41,896 nt of DNA from Psammoneis japonica (lineage: Eukaryota): NCBI GenBank assembly GCA_008632985.1, contig QPGO01000008.1, positions 124,001-165,896 on the forward strand, given 5' to 3'. Made by a program: the position numbers and the translations under genes. Below, one piece after another: positions 9,661 through 23,300 of this stretch (positions are counted from its first letter, which is position 1; each line of letters opens with the position of its first letter). Below the pieces are notes generated by a model. That model had not been told where the DNA came from. It did no database searches and was given only the letters and a program-made list of their open reading frames with translations.

Positions 9661-11172
9661 TTGAGTGGGCGTGCCAGAGTTTTCGGCCTGTTCACTTTCT
9701 ACGTGGCCTGGTGCAACCCAAATCTGTGTAGATTCAGCACATTTCGCCCTGCAGAACAGTTTTTGGGAGTGTTTTCTGGCTCGCGGCTCAAAATGACACG
9801 CAAAACAACACGGACAATGGCGTTTCACCGATTTGAAAAATGCGATCGTCTCTGAGGTTGGAACCTGTGTGCTCTCAACAGAATCTGGTGCATCACATCA
9901 TAAGACACGAGACAAGCTTGAGAATGCCCAGGTTCACATGGGTGGATCATGGTGTAATTTTGACCTGAAGATTGGTGTTGATGCCGCCGCTTTTGTTGCA
10001 TCAACACGCAACTCATGCATCGTCATTCATGCTGTGCATTTCGTTGAGCACTCATGCGTTCAAATTCTTTCAACTTACATGTGTGTTGTCTTTCCTCATT
10101 GTTGTTTTGTTCTGCAGGGTCTCCCTTGCCATGAGCCATCCCTGAGAGAGAAATGCTTGCTTTGAATGTCACTTCTGCCTTGCAACGGCCACGGCAGTCT
10201 GACGACAAGTCCACGTCACAGACACAGCATCAGGATGACTCAACGACAAACAAAGAAGCTTGGGTCTGTGGTGTCTGAAGATGTTCAAGCTCTCAACAGC
10301 TCAGATTTGTCGTCGAGCAATTTTGCCGCGCATTTGACGTGCATCCAGAAGGTGATGCGGAGTTTTGTTCGACAGAGAAACGCACCGCGGCAATTGTGAA
10401 GGGGTGGATTGTTTCTTTGTTCTACAAGGCAGTTTACAAACTGGAAATGTGTGACTCACTTGCCTGCATTGTCAGCCAATGCAATGAATTTTGAGGGTGA
10501 AAGCTGGTGCACCGTGCACAAACAGCGAACCAAGCCTCAAAAGCACAGCAGGCCAGAAGCTGGAGAGTTTGCGCCAACAGGAAGAACTGGCTTTGCTGTT
10601 TGTCATGGGACAGTAGATTTTATTTCATTGGGGTGACAAGTCTCCATTGCTGTTCTAGAGTGACTGGCATTGGTTTGGCCGTTGCAGCCTTCATGCATGC
10701 CCGCCTCTTGACAATCTGTTTTGTTCTGAGATTGTGCAATGAAAAAGCCTTTGTTTGCAACATTCCATCACAAGAGAGAGCTTATGAGCTTTACTTGGCC
10801 CTTTGAAGTGATCAGGCAAGTGAAAGAGGAGCCAACAGAAAGACACTAACGACGACAACGAACGACGCCATTTTGATGCACTGTCGTCTGGTGGTACAGT
10901 GTCGTTGATGGAGTGCCGTGCTTTCTGTTTTGTACTGCTTCTGTGTAGGAATGTACGTGCTTGGCAGAGCGATCGATCGAGGGCACACTCGGTCATAGAG
11001 TACATGTGCCTATCTCATTCAAGATCTTGCATCTTCTCTGGAGTTTCAAGGGGCATATATAATTCCTAAGCTTCTGGTCAATTATAGTGACCCCAATGAC
11101 TTCGGAGGGGTCACATTTTGGAGGGAAAGCGCAGGCGACATCTTGACTCGATTTTAACGATCAAGTCACAAC

Positions 11173-14028
11173 ATGGCGAGTAGTTCAGAGTCAGACACAC
11201 TGAGAGTGATGACCCCGTCTCCAATACGTCGACGAAGCTTCCTTTTTGTCGTGTTTGTGTCAATATCATCGGCGAAAGATAGCAGTTCCTGCATTGCTAA
11301 ATACGGGAGCAATGAGCTCTTGTGTAGCGAAACGTCTTCAGAATGCAAATTTGCAGTTAACCTGGGTGGCGAGAGCTGTGCTGGATTTTGTGAAAAACAT
11401 GGAGGGCGATGCATCACTGCTGAATCGGGTGGAAGCACAAGTTGCAAGAGCTGGGGAACGAATTCTTGTTCTAGTGGATATAATGACAATATCTGCATCT
11501 GCTCACTTGAAGGTGTCCAGGTAATCGAACAACCTATTGAAGTAGCGACAGCAACCACTCTACCGTCATGTATCGAGCAGTATGGCACAAATGACTTACT
11601 ATGCGACGAAACGCCACAGAATTGTGCCCTGTCTGTTATTTTGAAGGGACGAACTTGTAGTGACTTCTGCAGAAAACATGGAGGAACATGTATTGAAGCG
11701 CGGGCGGTATCAGGTGGTTCCTGCAGAGTATATGGAACGAATTCATGCAATACGCCTTATGGCGACAACTACTGCGTCTGCACAAGAAGTAGATTTCCAT
11801 CAGCAACGCCCATGCGGCCGTCAATAAGTCCACCGACCAAGAAACAAACTTCAATGTCTTTATCTACAACGTCACCAACGCAATCTCCGTCCGCTCGACC
11901 AACAAAGCTAACCACCAAGAAGCCTACCTCTGAACCAACACCTTTCCCGACAAAAATACCGACCCAAAGGCCATCTAGGCCCCCAACAAAAGCCCCGACA
12001 GCATCTCCGTCCAAAAGCCCGACACGATCTCCGTCGATTGGACCAACAAAGCAGCCTACCGCTGGTCCAACAGCAACTCTGACTGATATGCCAACACAAA
12101 AGCCAACGCCATCCCCGACGTCTAGGCCGACGATGTGGCCTACCACACCACCATCCCCTTCTCCGACTGATTCACCGACGTCTTTCCCTACTCAAGTCCC
12201 TACGGAGCTTCCAACAAGCATGTTAACTGATTCTCCATCTTCTCTGCCAACGCAGAGACCCACTCCTACTCCGACGCTATCACCTACATCTTCACCCTTG
12301 AGCCCATACCCAACCAAGGCCCCAACAATCTCACCAACCCCAGCTGTTCGTGGGGTTCATTCCACCAATTCTACAACTTTAACTCAATACGATGCAGCGA
12401 TTTGTGGAAAGTGTTTTCGCAATGGGTGTTTCGATGAAGTTACATCGATAAATGAGCAGAAATGCGGAAAGTTTGAGTGTGCCACGAGGTAAGTCTGGAT
12501 TCTTATTTTCCGAGCCCCCGAAGAATACCCTGTTTTATCTATTTAGATTCTCTGTCAACGTTTCGTCAGGATAACCTGTCCTCGCTATCAGTCAGAGTTA
12601 GCATTAAGCGACAAAAGAACAAGCCCACCACAAAGGGCAAACATGCCAGGCAGTGCTAAGACGGCAACACCAACCGCATCTCCGACCCCCATCCTACGCG
12701 GAACTGGCCTTGAATGCAGCCAAGACAAGGATTGTGAGTCAAACACATGTCGAAACGGTGCGTGTATGGCGTCCCCAGATTGCTATCCAGTCAAGCACGA
12801 CTACGGAACGATGTTCGGCAAGAATACGATCAATCTGGTATTTGTTGCTTCGGGATTTGACACGGCTGATCACGATATTTGGATATCCCAAGTGAGGAAG
12901 ACCTATGACTACATGAAAGGCTACGAAATGTTTGCTGAGCAGAATAAGGAGCTGAACGTTTTTCTTGTAGACCCGCCTCAACTGAATCCTTCGTTCTGTG
13001 CAATGAATTGTGCGGGGATCGAACGAATGTTGTGTTGCAGTGCTTTTCAGGCACAGCGACTCTCGAGCAAGTGTTTACCAGATGGAGCTAATCTTCAAAC
13101 GATCGTGATTCATCATGTTGATCAGTATGGAGGAGCAGGCTACACCGAAGAGAACATGGCAACCATGTCAACACATCCACTAGGTCCAGAGATCATGGTT
13201 CATGAGTTAGGTCACTCTTTATTTGAATTGGCTGATGAGTACTCGTACGGGTCTGGAACAGAGCTGGACCCCAACTGTGCGGCAACCAGTGACTGCTCGA
13301 AATGGGCTGACCTTATTGGACGTAAAATCGAAGGCTACAATCAAGTGTCCTGCAGTCCCGGTTGTAGCGACGATGGATACTACGTGGGCGAGCAATCTTA
13401 CATGAGCGTCTTGACCAAGGATGTCGGGGCTGTGAATACTCGATACACTTGTTGTACCTATCTTGCATTGACGAAAAAGTTCCCTTCATACTGTCAAGCC
13501 TTTGATTTCGAGCCAGACTACTTGATAAACTTCTGCGAGAGCAACGATTACCAGAATTATGGCAAATCCAATTACAACGAGAAACCAAAGCTCTCCATTA
13601 GTACCGGAAAGGCGTTCAAGGACAAATCCAAGTACATGTACGTGTCAGAGCCTCTGTTGGTGGATGTGCGCCTGAATCACAAGAAGGGGCGCGCCGTTGT
13701 GGCAAGCATGCCTGTGTCGGGAGCACCTGGTTTGTACCGAAAGAAACGGGTGATAGGAGACTACAAACGAACTTCTCAGGCCAAGGCAGCTGGGCTTGAT
13801 TCGGTGGTAATGGTAAAGGTGACGTATCGCCAAGGCACCCAGCGATTCTTTCTGTCCACGAACACCACCATCGAGGTTCCCTCACACGCATCCGTTGAGG
13901 ATTCGGTGGAGGCGAGGGGAAGAGAACGAACAGCTGTGTCAGAGCAAGCCGAAGTAGTCAATCTTGTTCTTGACGCCAAAGGGCGATCTTTCATGAAAAT
14001 TCAAGCCAAGTATGTGCACATATTATGA
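11173..14028 (+). CDS. Secreted M64-family (IgA peptidase-like) zinc metallopeptidase with two 10-Cys modules and a P/T/S-rich stalk; join(11173..12488,12570..14028), about 924 aa
   Basis: Hydrophobic N-terminal segment. A GT..AG intron joins the two ORFs in frame (CATR|ITCP). Motifs NLVFVASGF, YGGAG and HELGHSLFELADEY. The start could be the second Met. Confidence 0.85.
12489..12569 (+). other. Spliceosomal intron (81 bp)
   Basis: AG|GTAAGT ... TTTCGTCAG|G; removal fuses ORFs 11173 and 12643 in frame. Confidence 0.85.
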
Positions 14029-14859
14029 TCCGAATCATCCTCTTTCATCTCAAGTGCTCTCTAGCTAGCTAGATCTGCTCTATCACTGCTTGTTAACCTT
14101 GGAATTTACTGCCAGTGTGATCATCGTGTCCATTAAACTTTGGCCACTCAGCGTTTCTACCAAGATCGCCAAACGAGAGGAAGACAAAAGAAGACGGACA
14201 AGTTTTGCGGCCCGCAACGTAGGGATGAAGTTTCAGTTTCAGAATTCATTCATTTCGGTTTTAATCTTGCATCTTTCAATCATTCGTTATTCAGTACTTC
14301 GTTCCAGCTTATTCCTACGAATCCCTCGCTCTGACGGCGGGAATATCGTTGATCAACCGGATGGCTTTGGCATTCAGCATTGGCATTCGTTGCGTCGTGC
14401 TCTTTTCAAGCTGAGATCATGATATTTCGCGTTCGATCTTGATCATTTAAAAGTCGTGTGCGAGAAGCGAATACGGTTTTCCATTGATACCCGCCATTGT
14501 AAAACCGAAAATGCATAGGCCTCTTCTTGGCCTCTGCCATCGTAGTTGTTGCAAATTCACTCAAAGCTCAAAGGAAAACATCAGCACATCAAAAATAAAA
14601 CGAAGCCGCAGCATCGCTCCCGCGCGCCAGCGTGCGCATCAAACAGCTTTGCCCAATGGTGCATTCCTACGGTACGTTCAAATTTGGAGATTTTGCTGTG
14701 ATCATGAGTCGTCTCGCGAGCTGGCCGGCCTTCATTCATTATTTGAGTTCAATAGGAATCTGAATCATTCGGGTCCTGAGAGTCAGCACGTAGAAATTGT
14801 GTTGGAGAGTACTAAAAATAATTATTATCAGTCTGTCCATCCGTCCATATACGAATGTC

Positions 14860-14971
14860 AACTTCTCGGGAAATCAATTGAAATGCCATCTGATTGACGG
14901 TGTTTTGATTCACATGGTGAAGGCCAATGCCGTCAATCAGATAGCATTTCAATTCAGGTTCCCGAAAAGTT
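14860..14971. repeat. About 41-bp imperfect inverted repeat with a 29-nt spacer at the left edge of a transposon block
   Basis: AACTTCTCGGGAAATCAATTGAAATGCCATCTGATTGACGG / CCGTCAATCAGATAGCATTTCAATTCAGGTTCCCGAAAAGTT. Confidence 0.85.
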
Positions 14972-15074
14972 ATTAGCTCTAATCACTCTCTCGTGTGACA
15001 TTGTGTACATTTCTACTCGATTTTGTGTTTTTCCTTGTGTGAAATGTCAATTGTGACCCACGCGACATTTTCAA

Positions 15075-18000
15075 ATGATTCCTGTTGCTCCGAATGAGAA
15101 TCTTGTGTCGACACACCACGCGTTTTTGCCGTGCTTTGAGTTTTTTCGTCTCCCGCCAACAGAGATGATGTTGCACTCATCAAGGCGGTGTCTTGGTGCC
15201 TCAGTGAAATCGTCAAATGATGCGGGGCAATGCTCTTCACCCGCCAACGAAACTGCTGTTGCATTTGTTGATGATTCTGCTGAAAAATGGGACCATGACA
15301 GCTGCCAGAGAAACTTGGTCAGTTTCTTTTGTTGTTGCCGTGATGCACCGGCGTGGTGGCATGAAGTCATTTTGCGACCCAATTCCAAGTCTGACTCAGG
15401 TGTCTCCCATGTCTTTCAAGTTTGCGCTTGGCTTGTCTGACAGCTCCTGTGAAAAGCTTTTGACGAACAGTGGTTTGTTGAAGGTGAGCGCGGCTTTGAC
15501 CAAGGAAATTGACAGAAAAGCATGGGGCACATTCAAGGTGTTATTTGACGTTGACATTGAACTCAACAGGGTCTCCTTGAGACAGAGAGACCATCAAGTG
15601 TGGGTCATCAGGGTCGGATCTTTTGTTCCTTGGGCCGAAAAATGTCCTGTGTGTCAGGCCAGGTCGACACGCAAATGGAAAATTTGCAAAAGGCTTCACG
15701 GCGAAGCTTCAGGCCAACAAAGTGTGCAGCAGGAAGCTGCAACAGAAACAACTCGGGATTGCCAAGGTGCAAGAGGAGCTTGCTTGCACCCACATTGTGC
15801 TGAATGAAAATGAGCCCACTCATGAGAAACAAAAGACTGTTGATGACAAGGCAGCCTCTGGGTCCACGGCACCTGATGAATCGCCAACCAGCACATTGTG
15901 TGACATCACTCAATGACAAACAAACATTGACAACAGCATTGACAATGAGTTGGAACCTTGTGCTGGATGGAAAATGTCAGGAAAAGACAACACCATTGTT
16001 TCAGTGTCTGTGAAAGAATGGGTGCAGAGCAGCTCCATGCCCCATGCTGTTGCAGTCGGAGACACCACACCAATTGCCTCTTGCTTTCATTCGATTGAAG
16101 GTGCCAAGGATTTGTGTCTCTTGGTTGATTTGGACAATGGACACAACCCACGGCCAAAATCATGCAGCTGCTGGAAGCCTGAGTCCGTCAAATTGCAGCT
16201 GTGCACCCCCTTCTCTGATGCGCGATTGACTGTGTCTCGCATTTGGCAACAATGCAAGAGGGCCATGTCAAAGGAAGTGTCTTCAAAAAAGTGTCTCAAA
16301 CCTGATCACTTGGACATTGTCCCAAGTGAGGTTGCACATGGCAGCATTCAGCAGCTGTGGACCAACCTCAGCAACTCTAAGAAATGGGAGCATCGGCTGC
16401 GAGAACGAATGGTGGTGATGAAGAATTGGTCACTCAAATGTGACGGGCAGCTTGATGGCACTCTCCCTGCCCAAAGAAAAGATGCGTCAATCCTGAAGAC
16501 CATCGTGCATCATGCAGAGCCAGTTGCAGCAGAAATGTGTGGCAAAGACTCCGCTGAACACCATGCCTTCACCATGCACTTGCAGTTCTTAAATGGAGAG
16601 CTCACGGATTCAAAGGGAAACCATGTTAGAACAATGCAGTGCTCCACCCTGATCAATTTCCATGCACTTGCTGCACTTTGTGATTGCAGAAAGGATGTTC
16701 ACAACACTTTGTCAAAGGTGTCGTGCCTTCCAGATTGATGGAATGTTGAACGTTTTGCCAAGGACAAGTTTGGAAATGAACGAGACAATGGCGTGCTGAA
16801 TGGGAACGTTGATGCTCTTGCTGTGGAGATGCAAAAGGCAGGCTGTGCCAAAGCTGCAATTGCTTTTGACAGCATGACCATGTGGAAGGGAAGGATTCTT
16901 GACAACCAAGAAGATTGCAAAGATGAGCTCTCACAGGTGCAATGATGCCGGAGCAGCTTTCCGTTGCAAAGTTGGAGTTTGAAGCACATGTCTGGAATCT
17001 AGCTGATGGAGTCAAAGGCAGCAATTTGGATGAAACTGTGTCATTGTTAAAGCTCAAGAACTCAGAACATTCTGTTGAGTCTGAAAGTTGAGGCGAAAGT
17101 CATGACAGCATGCTGCAATGCAAAGACCTTGACAGCTGCAGATGTGTGTGCCCAGTTGGATGAATCGAACATGGCACTGAAGCATCACGGTTTGTCCGCT
17201 GCTTTGGAGGTGTCCGATTCAGCAGAAGCAAATGATGCAGCAGCAAACACAAGGTGTGAAGCATCCGCCAAAGAAATGCTCCCACGGGATCTTTTGAAAG
17301 CACACAGCTTGGATGGGAACTTCCTCATCACACACAAGGATGTGGTCATGAAAGATTGCGTGGTGTGCACAAATGACATGCCACATGTTTTGAAACAAAT
17401 GGGGAGTGCAATGGACTCATGAGAACTGGCTTGTGGCTGACTTCAACTTCATCCAATGTCAGTGCCTGTTTTGGGAGATGTGCACAGCAGTCTTGCTGGT
17501 GGCAGATTTGGTCTGCAGGTGCACAAGAAGTGGCCCCCCACATGATTTTCAAAAGCAGAGCAACCGTGACAAAATGAAAGTGAAAAGAGCAGCAAAAATG
17601 CCAAGTGGCAGCATGGTCAAATGCATTGACAAAGTGCGCAACTGAGCTGAAATGGAATTGGCAGGATTGTCAGCAAGAATGGCAGAGGAGAGGAAGGCAT
17701 TCTGCGGACCCATCTGCAGCCATGTCTTCACCATGAATTGTTGGTTTGATGCTGGCAACTCTTGTGACACAAAAGGCAAGCACAATTTCTTGGTTTGTGT
17801 GACTCGGGCCAATGCAAGAAGCACTCAAGATGTGTTCTTAGAGTTGCTTGTCACACGTGAAGATTGGATGTGAAACTTGACAAACAACAAGGGAGAGTTC
17901 GACAAAGAGAGATTCACACCCATGGAGCTGATGGCCAGCATGCAAAGGGTGTTTTGTGGCTTTGCAGCTCTTGTCCAAAAGATTGTTGTGGAAGAGAATG

Positions 18001-18230
18001 GGGTGCTTCTCTTGCGTGACTTAAACCAAGACATTTGTGAGCACCATTTTGCTCACACACAAGCTTCTTGCAGTTGGCACAACAATCCCGACCAATCCGG
18101 TGCCATCTTTTCTGATTTTGCATCTACAGCCAAACAAGTTTGTGCAATGTCTGACCACACCAATGTGTCTAAAAGTGCAAGGGAGCACTTCAATTGCAAG
18201 TTGTCAGCACAAGCGCAGTTCTGGTTGCTG
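15075..18230 (+). pseudogene. Decayed P-element/THAP9-like transposase
   Basis: Ordered motifs IAFDSM (~16860), SDSAEAN (~17215), NDMPHVLK (~17375), DKMKVKRAAK (~17570) and RDLNQDICEHHF (~18015-18050) match the P-type FDEM / D...N / D.PH..K / KMKV..A / LNQD..E..F pattern. Broken by TGA stops and frameshifts. Confidence 0.75.
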
Positions 18231-18420
18231 CGCTGCATTGTTTGCTCCTGCACACGTTCGTCGTTCGGACGATTTTTGATGTGAAAGATCAAGCTGTCCA
18301 ACCCCGGTGGCAATGATGCTCTCTCCTTGCAACAATGCATTTAGCTCCATTTTGGCTGTGTTGCTGTTGCTTTCTCCTGGACAAATGATTTTGACCAGCT
18401 GCATCTTTCGGACGACAATT

Positions 18421-19710
18421 TCACAAAATCTGAAGCACATCCCACCCTTTGAGTCTGCGGCACCACAGCAGAACAAAGTCATCCAACCCCAACAGCAACA
18501 CCGCTCTCTCTTCAGTGTTGAGTCTGGGTGGAGAGCAGCACTCAAAATGACCACACACATGAATGCTGTTGTTGACGACCATTTCAATCTTTGAGAGCAA
18601 TCGAGCTTTGTGCTGAGGTGCTTGAGCAGAGTTGAAGTTGGTCATCTGTGGGTCACACACCAAGGCCACAAACTCACAGCATTTGTTGTTGGAACATTGC
18701 AGCGCTGCTCCTTTTACATGATCTCTTTCCTCAACAAGGTGCAAATCATGTGCTGCCTCATCCTCGGCTGCTTCACTGCTGACGGCATTGTGGTTGACAA
18801 ACTTGTGCCACGCACTCGACTCAAATTTCCGAGCTGCAGTTTTTGACAACTTGTGGGCATGCACCCTCATCTTTGACAACCCCCAACCTGCAACACAAGC
18901 TGCAAGACTGGTGTCCTTTTCTTCTTCTTGGATTTTCGAGACAGCGTCCTTTGTCAGATGATCCGTCATTGGGGCTTCATTGGCTCCCCACAGCTTCTTT
19001 TCCCACACCCCTTGCAGTTTCTGATGAAAGTCACAAATCATTGCATTGCTGGCTGGCCCAGGTGCTGTCCCAGAGAAGCATTGGATGCAGTTCAAAAAGT
19101 GCCCATGTTGCTCCATCTGTGTGAAGTGCTGCATGCCCAGGATTTTCTTGTCAATCTTGGAAGGAGTGCTCCCTTCAAGGCACAATGCCAGAGCATTGTT
19201 GAACTCGGTGATTTCATCAGTTGCATGGTCTCTGGCAATTTTGTCATGTGTTGGCAGCTCTTCAAAGGATTTGCACTCATCACTGCCAACAAAAACATTT
19301 TGTGTTGTCCAGTCGGCGGCGAATGTGTCAATGGCATCATCTGAAACTTCTGGCTTTTTTTCTCTGCATCCAACCTCGCATCAAACATCTCGAGCAACTC
19401 TGCTTTTTTACACTCCAAGGCTGGAGGAGGATCATGGATGCCTTTTGACTTCCTAAATGACAACCAGCATTGAGCTGCATGACTTTGGTTGCTTTTGGGC
19501 AAACCCAGCTGGCGCAAATGCTCATCAAACAGAGTGTCCTTTCCCTTTCTGGTCTCCAATGTCCAGTGTTGACACAGGTTGAAAAGAGACTTGCAAGTCC
19601 ATCCCTGAGGTGCTTGTGATGCTTGTCACTTCCTTCACCCTGATGAATCACCTGTGACTGCTGCCTCCTTTCTTGAAACTCCAGCAATTGGGTCGTGCCA
19701 CGGCCCAATC
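18421..19710 (-). pseudogene. Decayed ORF of unknown function, convergent with the P-like transposase
   Basis: Overlapping protein-like ORFs 19559-19092 and 19185-18421 linked by an apparent frameshift; same TpA-free composition. Confidence 0.45.
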
Positions 19711-20350
19711 TTTCTTCGCCAAATGAATCATCCTGGGCATGGCAGTGTCAGCTGCTGACATCATTGTGAGTGGCAAATGACTCTGGATCAACAACACTTG
19801 AATCGACAAACAACAGGGCAGCGTGGTGTTTTTGTTTGTGCAATCTTATTGCTGGTCGAGGGGAAGTTGCAATCTTGTTGCTGGTCGAGGGGAAATGCCT
19901 CGAGCACGACACTGTGCGTGCCTTTTTTTGAAGTCTGTGCGTCACACACGCGTGATCACAGTACCGGTACAGCACAATCGCCAACGAAGTCTGTCCGTGC
20001 CTCACCTGGTCCGGAGGAATGCACCATTGCTTTTTGCCTCGCGCTCGAACCATTTTCGATTTGACATTGCGTGTGTCGGAGGGAATTTGGCCAATTTCGA
20101 AATTTCAAATAGGACTACAGTACTGTATAATAATTGCGGTCATTCACGAATTATTCTGCATGACCAGACATTTCCGACAATCGCAAAGCAAAATGACTAT
20201 GTCCAATGAATCCTTGCTCACACAACATTTAGGCCCAAGACTTCATGATGATTCGCATCGTTTAGCGGTCCATTGGTTTACGCAGTCCTCAAGCGTTTTA
20301 CATCTTTTTCCAGATATAGTGACTCGTCGTAACAGAGAAAAAGCGTATCC

Positions 20351-23300
20351 ATGAATTCAGCTTTTTCAAGGCCAAAATGGATGGCCTTGGCGTTCGGCAT
20401 ACCTCTCTTTATATCTCAAGTGGCATTCTGCCAAGGAGCAGCAGGGAAAGCGTCGCTAAAGTCCCTTCTTAAAAATAGCCACCAGAAAGAATGGGCACAA
20501 AAACATGCTGGTAGTGAAGAAATACTGAGGATCGTCGTTGACGAAAAGATGGATCTACCGCAAGATCTATCATTGTTCGTCAAGTATAAGAATCGCCGCG
20601 GCATCTCCGTCGTGAAGAAGTTATCACGCAAATACAAGAAGCTACCACGGCAACGTGTGGTATCTATCAAGGGAACTGACAAAGCTACTTTAGAGACTCT
20701 GTTGGACGATCCCAACATTGATTTTGTGGAAGCAAATCATAAGATTCACGCTCTTTTGCCGGCGACGCTTTCCAAATACAAGGCTCGTGATCTTCAGGAG
20801 CAAATTGAGTACGGATTCAAAATGGTACAAGCAGACCAAATGTGGGATATTCCGAGGAACTCTCCTCAAACTGAAAATATGACCATCTGTATAATTGACA
20901 GTGGCATGGCTCTCGGACACCCTGATCTCCCCTCTGAAGGCGTGACGGGAACAAACACAGGGATTGGTGATTGGAAGATTGATCCGTATGGACATGGCAC
21001 GCATTGCGTTGGAACAATCGCTGCTTTTGGCAACAACAACATAGGTGTGAAAGGAATTTTGCAGAACACGACTAAATTCAATCTACACATTGCCCGAGTA
21101 TTGAATAAAAGAGGAGAAGGGTCTGAATTCCTGTTACTGAAAGGCCTCGAAAGTTGTCTTTCTGCGGGTGCAAAGGTCATTAGCATGAGTGTGGGAGGAT
21201 CGTCATTCAGCGAAACGTCTCAAAAAGCCTTTAGAAAAGCATATGACGCTGGCGCGCTACTTGTAGCCGCATCTGGAAATACAGGAAATGCAGCATTCGC
21301 ATACCCTGCATCGTTTCCTTCGGTCATGTCTGTTGCGGCGGTCGGACGGGAAGAAGCCGTTGCGGGCTTTTCCCAATACAATGATCAAGTAGAGGTTGCT
21401 GCTCCTGGAGTCGATATCGTATCCACCGTCCCCGAGAATGCAAGCGGAAAATATGGCTATGATTTATTGAGTGGTGCGTGTTATGTGAGCTTAAGAATTT
21501 TCGTCCCCTCTTTGTCTAACTAATCATTTCTTTTCATATTTTACTTGCAGGCACAAGCATGGCAACGCCCTTTGTTGCAGGCATTTCAGCATTGTTATGG
21601 TCGTACTTCCCACAATGCACCAACACGGAAATTCGCAACGCCATTGCAAGAACAGCCAAGGATAGAGGTGAGGAGGGCTGCGACCAAGAACTTGGATACG
21701 GGATAGTGCAAGCGAAAGACGCGTACGACTTGCTATTGCGGGAAGGGTGTCTCGCTGCAAGAGACACTAAAACGAAATTATCAGATGGAGCACTAGGTGG
21801 TTGTATGCAAGACCCTCTCTACACTCCACCACCAACCCAAGCCCCTACGGAGTTTCTCTGTGAGCAGCAAATCTTTATGCTTAACTTGACCACGGACGAG
21901 TGGGGAGCAGAAACATCGTGGGACTTAATCAGTTCAACGAAGAATGTTGTTGAATCCGGTGGAAACTATCACAGTTCAAGAAACTATGTCATACGCCTAT
22001 GCTTGCCAATGGATGAATATACATTTACAATCCGAGATTCAGAAAATGATGGAATCTGTTGTGTCTATGGTAACGGGGGCTACTCGGTCTACTTTGACGG
22101 AGTATTGCAAGAAGCCGGTGGATCATTTTCAGGGTCAAAACAAGTGACGTTTGGCAGCAAGCAGATTGCACCAGTTTCGTCCCCGCCAGTGAGCGCCATA
22201 CCCCCAACGACTTCATCTCCTACAGAATCTGCAAGACGACCGCCGACGGAGCCCTGTCTCGACGATGAAATTTGGGTCTTCACAACAAAGAAGGGGGTCA
22301 AGAAGCCTTGTAGATACTTGCAAACAAAGACAGCCACACGATGCAAACTAGTTGGCACCGACAGGCAAGGACAGCCAGCGACGGGCCTCGTTGCTTGTCC
22401 TGTTTCCTGTGGAGTTTGTGAAGAAAGTCATCAGGAAGGTGATCGCCCGGTTTCTATCCCTCCCGCACAACAGCAAATGCCACCAACATCAAAAATAGCG
22501 ACACCGTTGCCCACCATGCCGCCATCCTCGGCTCCAACGCATTCGCTGACAACATCTTCATCAGCGGGACCAACAAAGCTGCCCACTACAGTTCCCACCT
22601 CTCATCCAACGCCATTTCCGTCACGTTTTCCAACAAAGGTGCCGACTCTGTCTCCAACCAAAGCAATTACATCATCTCCTTCGTTAAAGCCTACGACGTT
22701 ACCTACAGCACAGCCCACCACAACACCAACCCTTGATCCAACACCAATCCCTACCAATTTGCCCACTAAGATGCCAACTAAAATGCCAACTAAGGCCCCT
22801 ACAAAAGCACCAACATCATATCCGACGTCTAGGCCAACAGCGGTGCCTACCAAGCCACCATCCGCTTCTTCGACTAAAGTGCCCACGGAGCCCCCGACAA
22901 GCATAATAACTGCTTTTCCAACTGCTCGGCTAACGCAGAGACCCACCCTTCCATCGTGTAGAGATCAATACGGGGACGACATTGTTATGTGCCACGAGAG
23001 CGAGTCAGAATGTAGATTTTTTGTCGATCTGGATGGGATGAGCTGCAGTGACTTTTGCGAGGGCAAAGGGGGCAGTTGTTTGGCCGCTGTCGACAATGAT
23101 TCAGGCAAAACTTGTCGAGGCGATGATATTCAATCTTGCCATGACGCCATGCTTTCACTAATCTGCACGTGCTCTCGTGGCGAGGAGCCACCGTCTTTTA
23201 AAAACTTAGATCCAACGCCATGTACGGGTCAATACGGTGAAGAAATCGTTGTTTGCCATGAGAGCAATTCTGAATGTACATTCCTTGCCATATTGGAAGG

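Noticed and set aside
1540..10400. Dozens of overlapping Cys/His-rich ORFs on both strands as real genes
   Set aside because: They arise because TAA/TAG cannot occur without TpA. They lack Tyr and overlap recognisable TE remnants.
15075..18230. TGA read-through, selenoproteins or an alternative genetic code
   Set aside because: In-frame TGAs are accompanied by frameshifts and fit CGA->TGA decay. Neighbouring intact genes use TGA as a normal stop.
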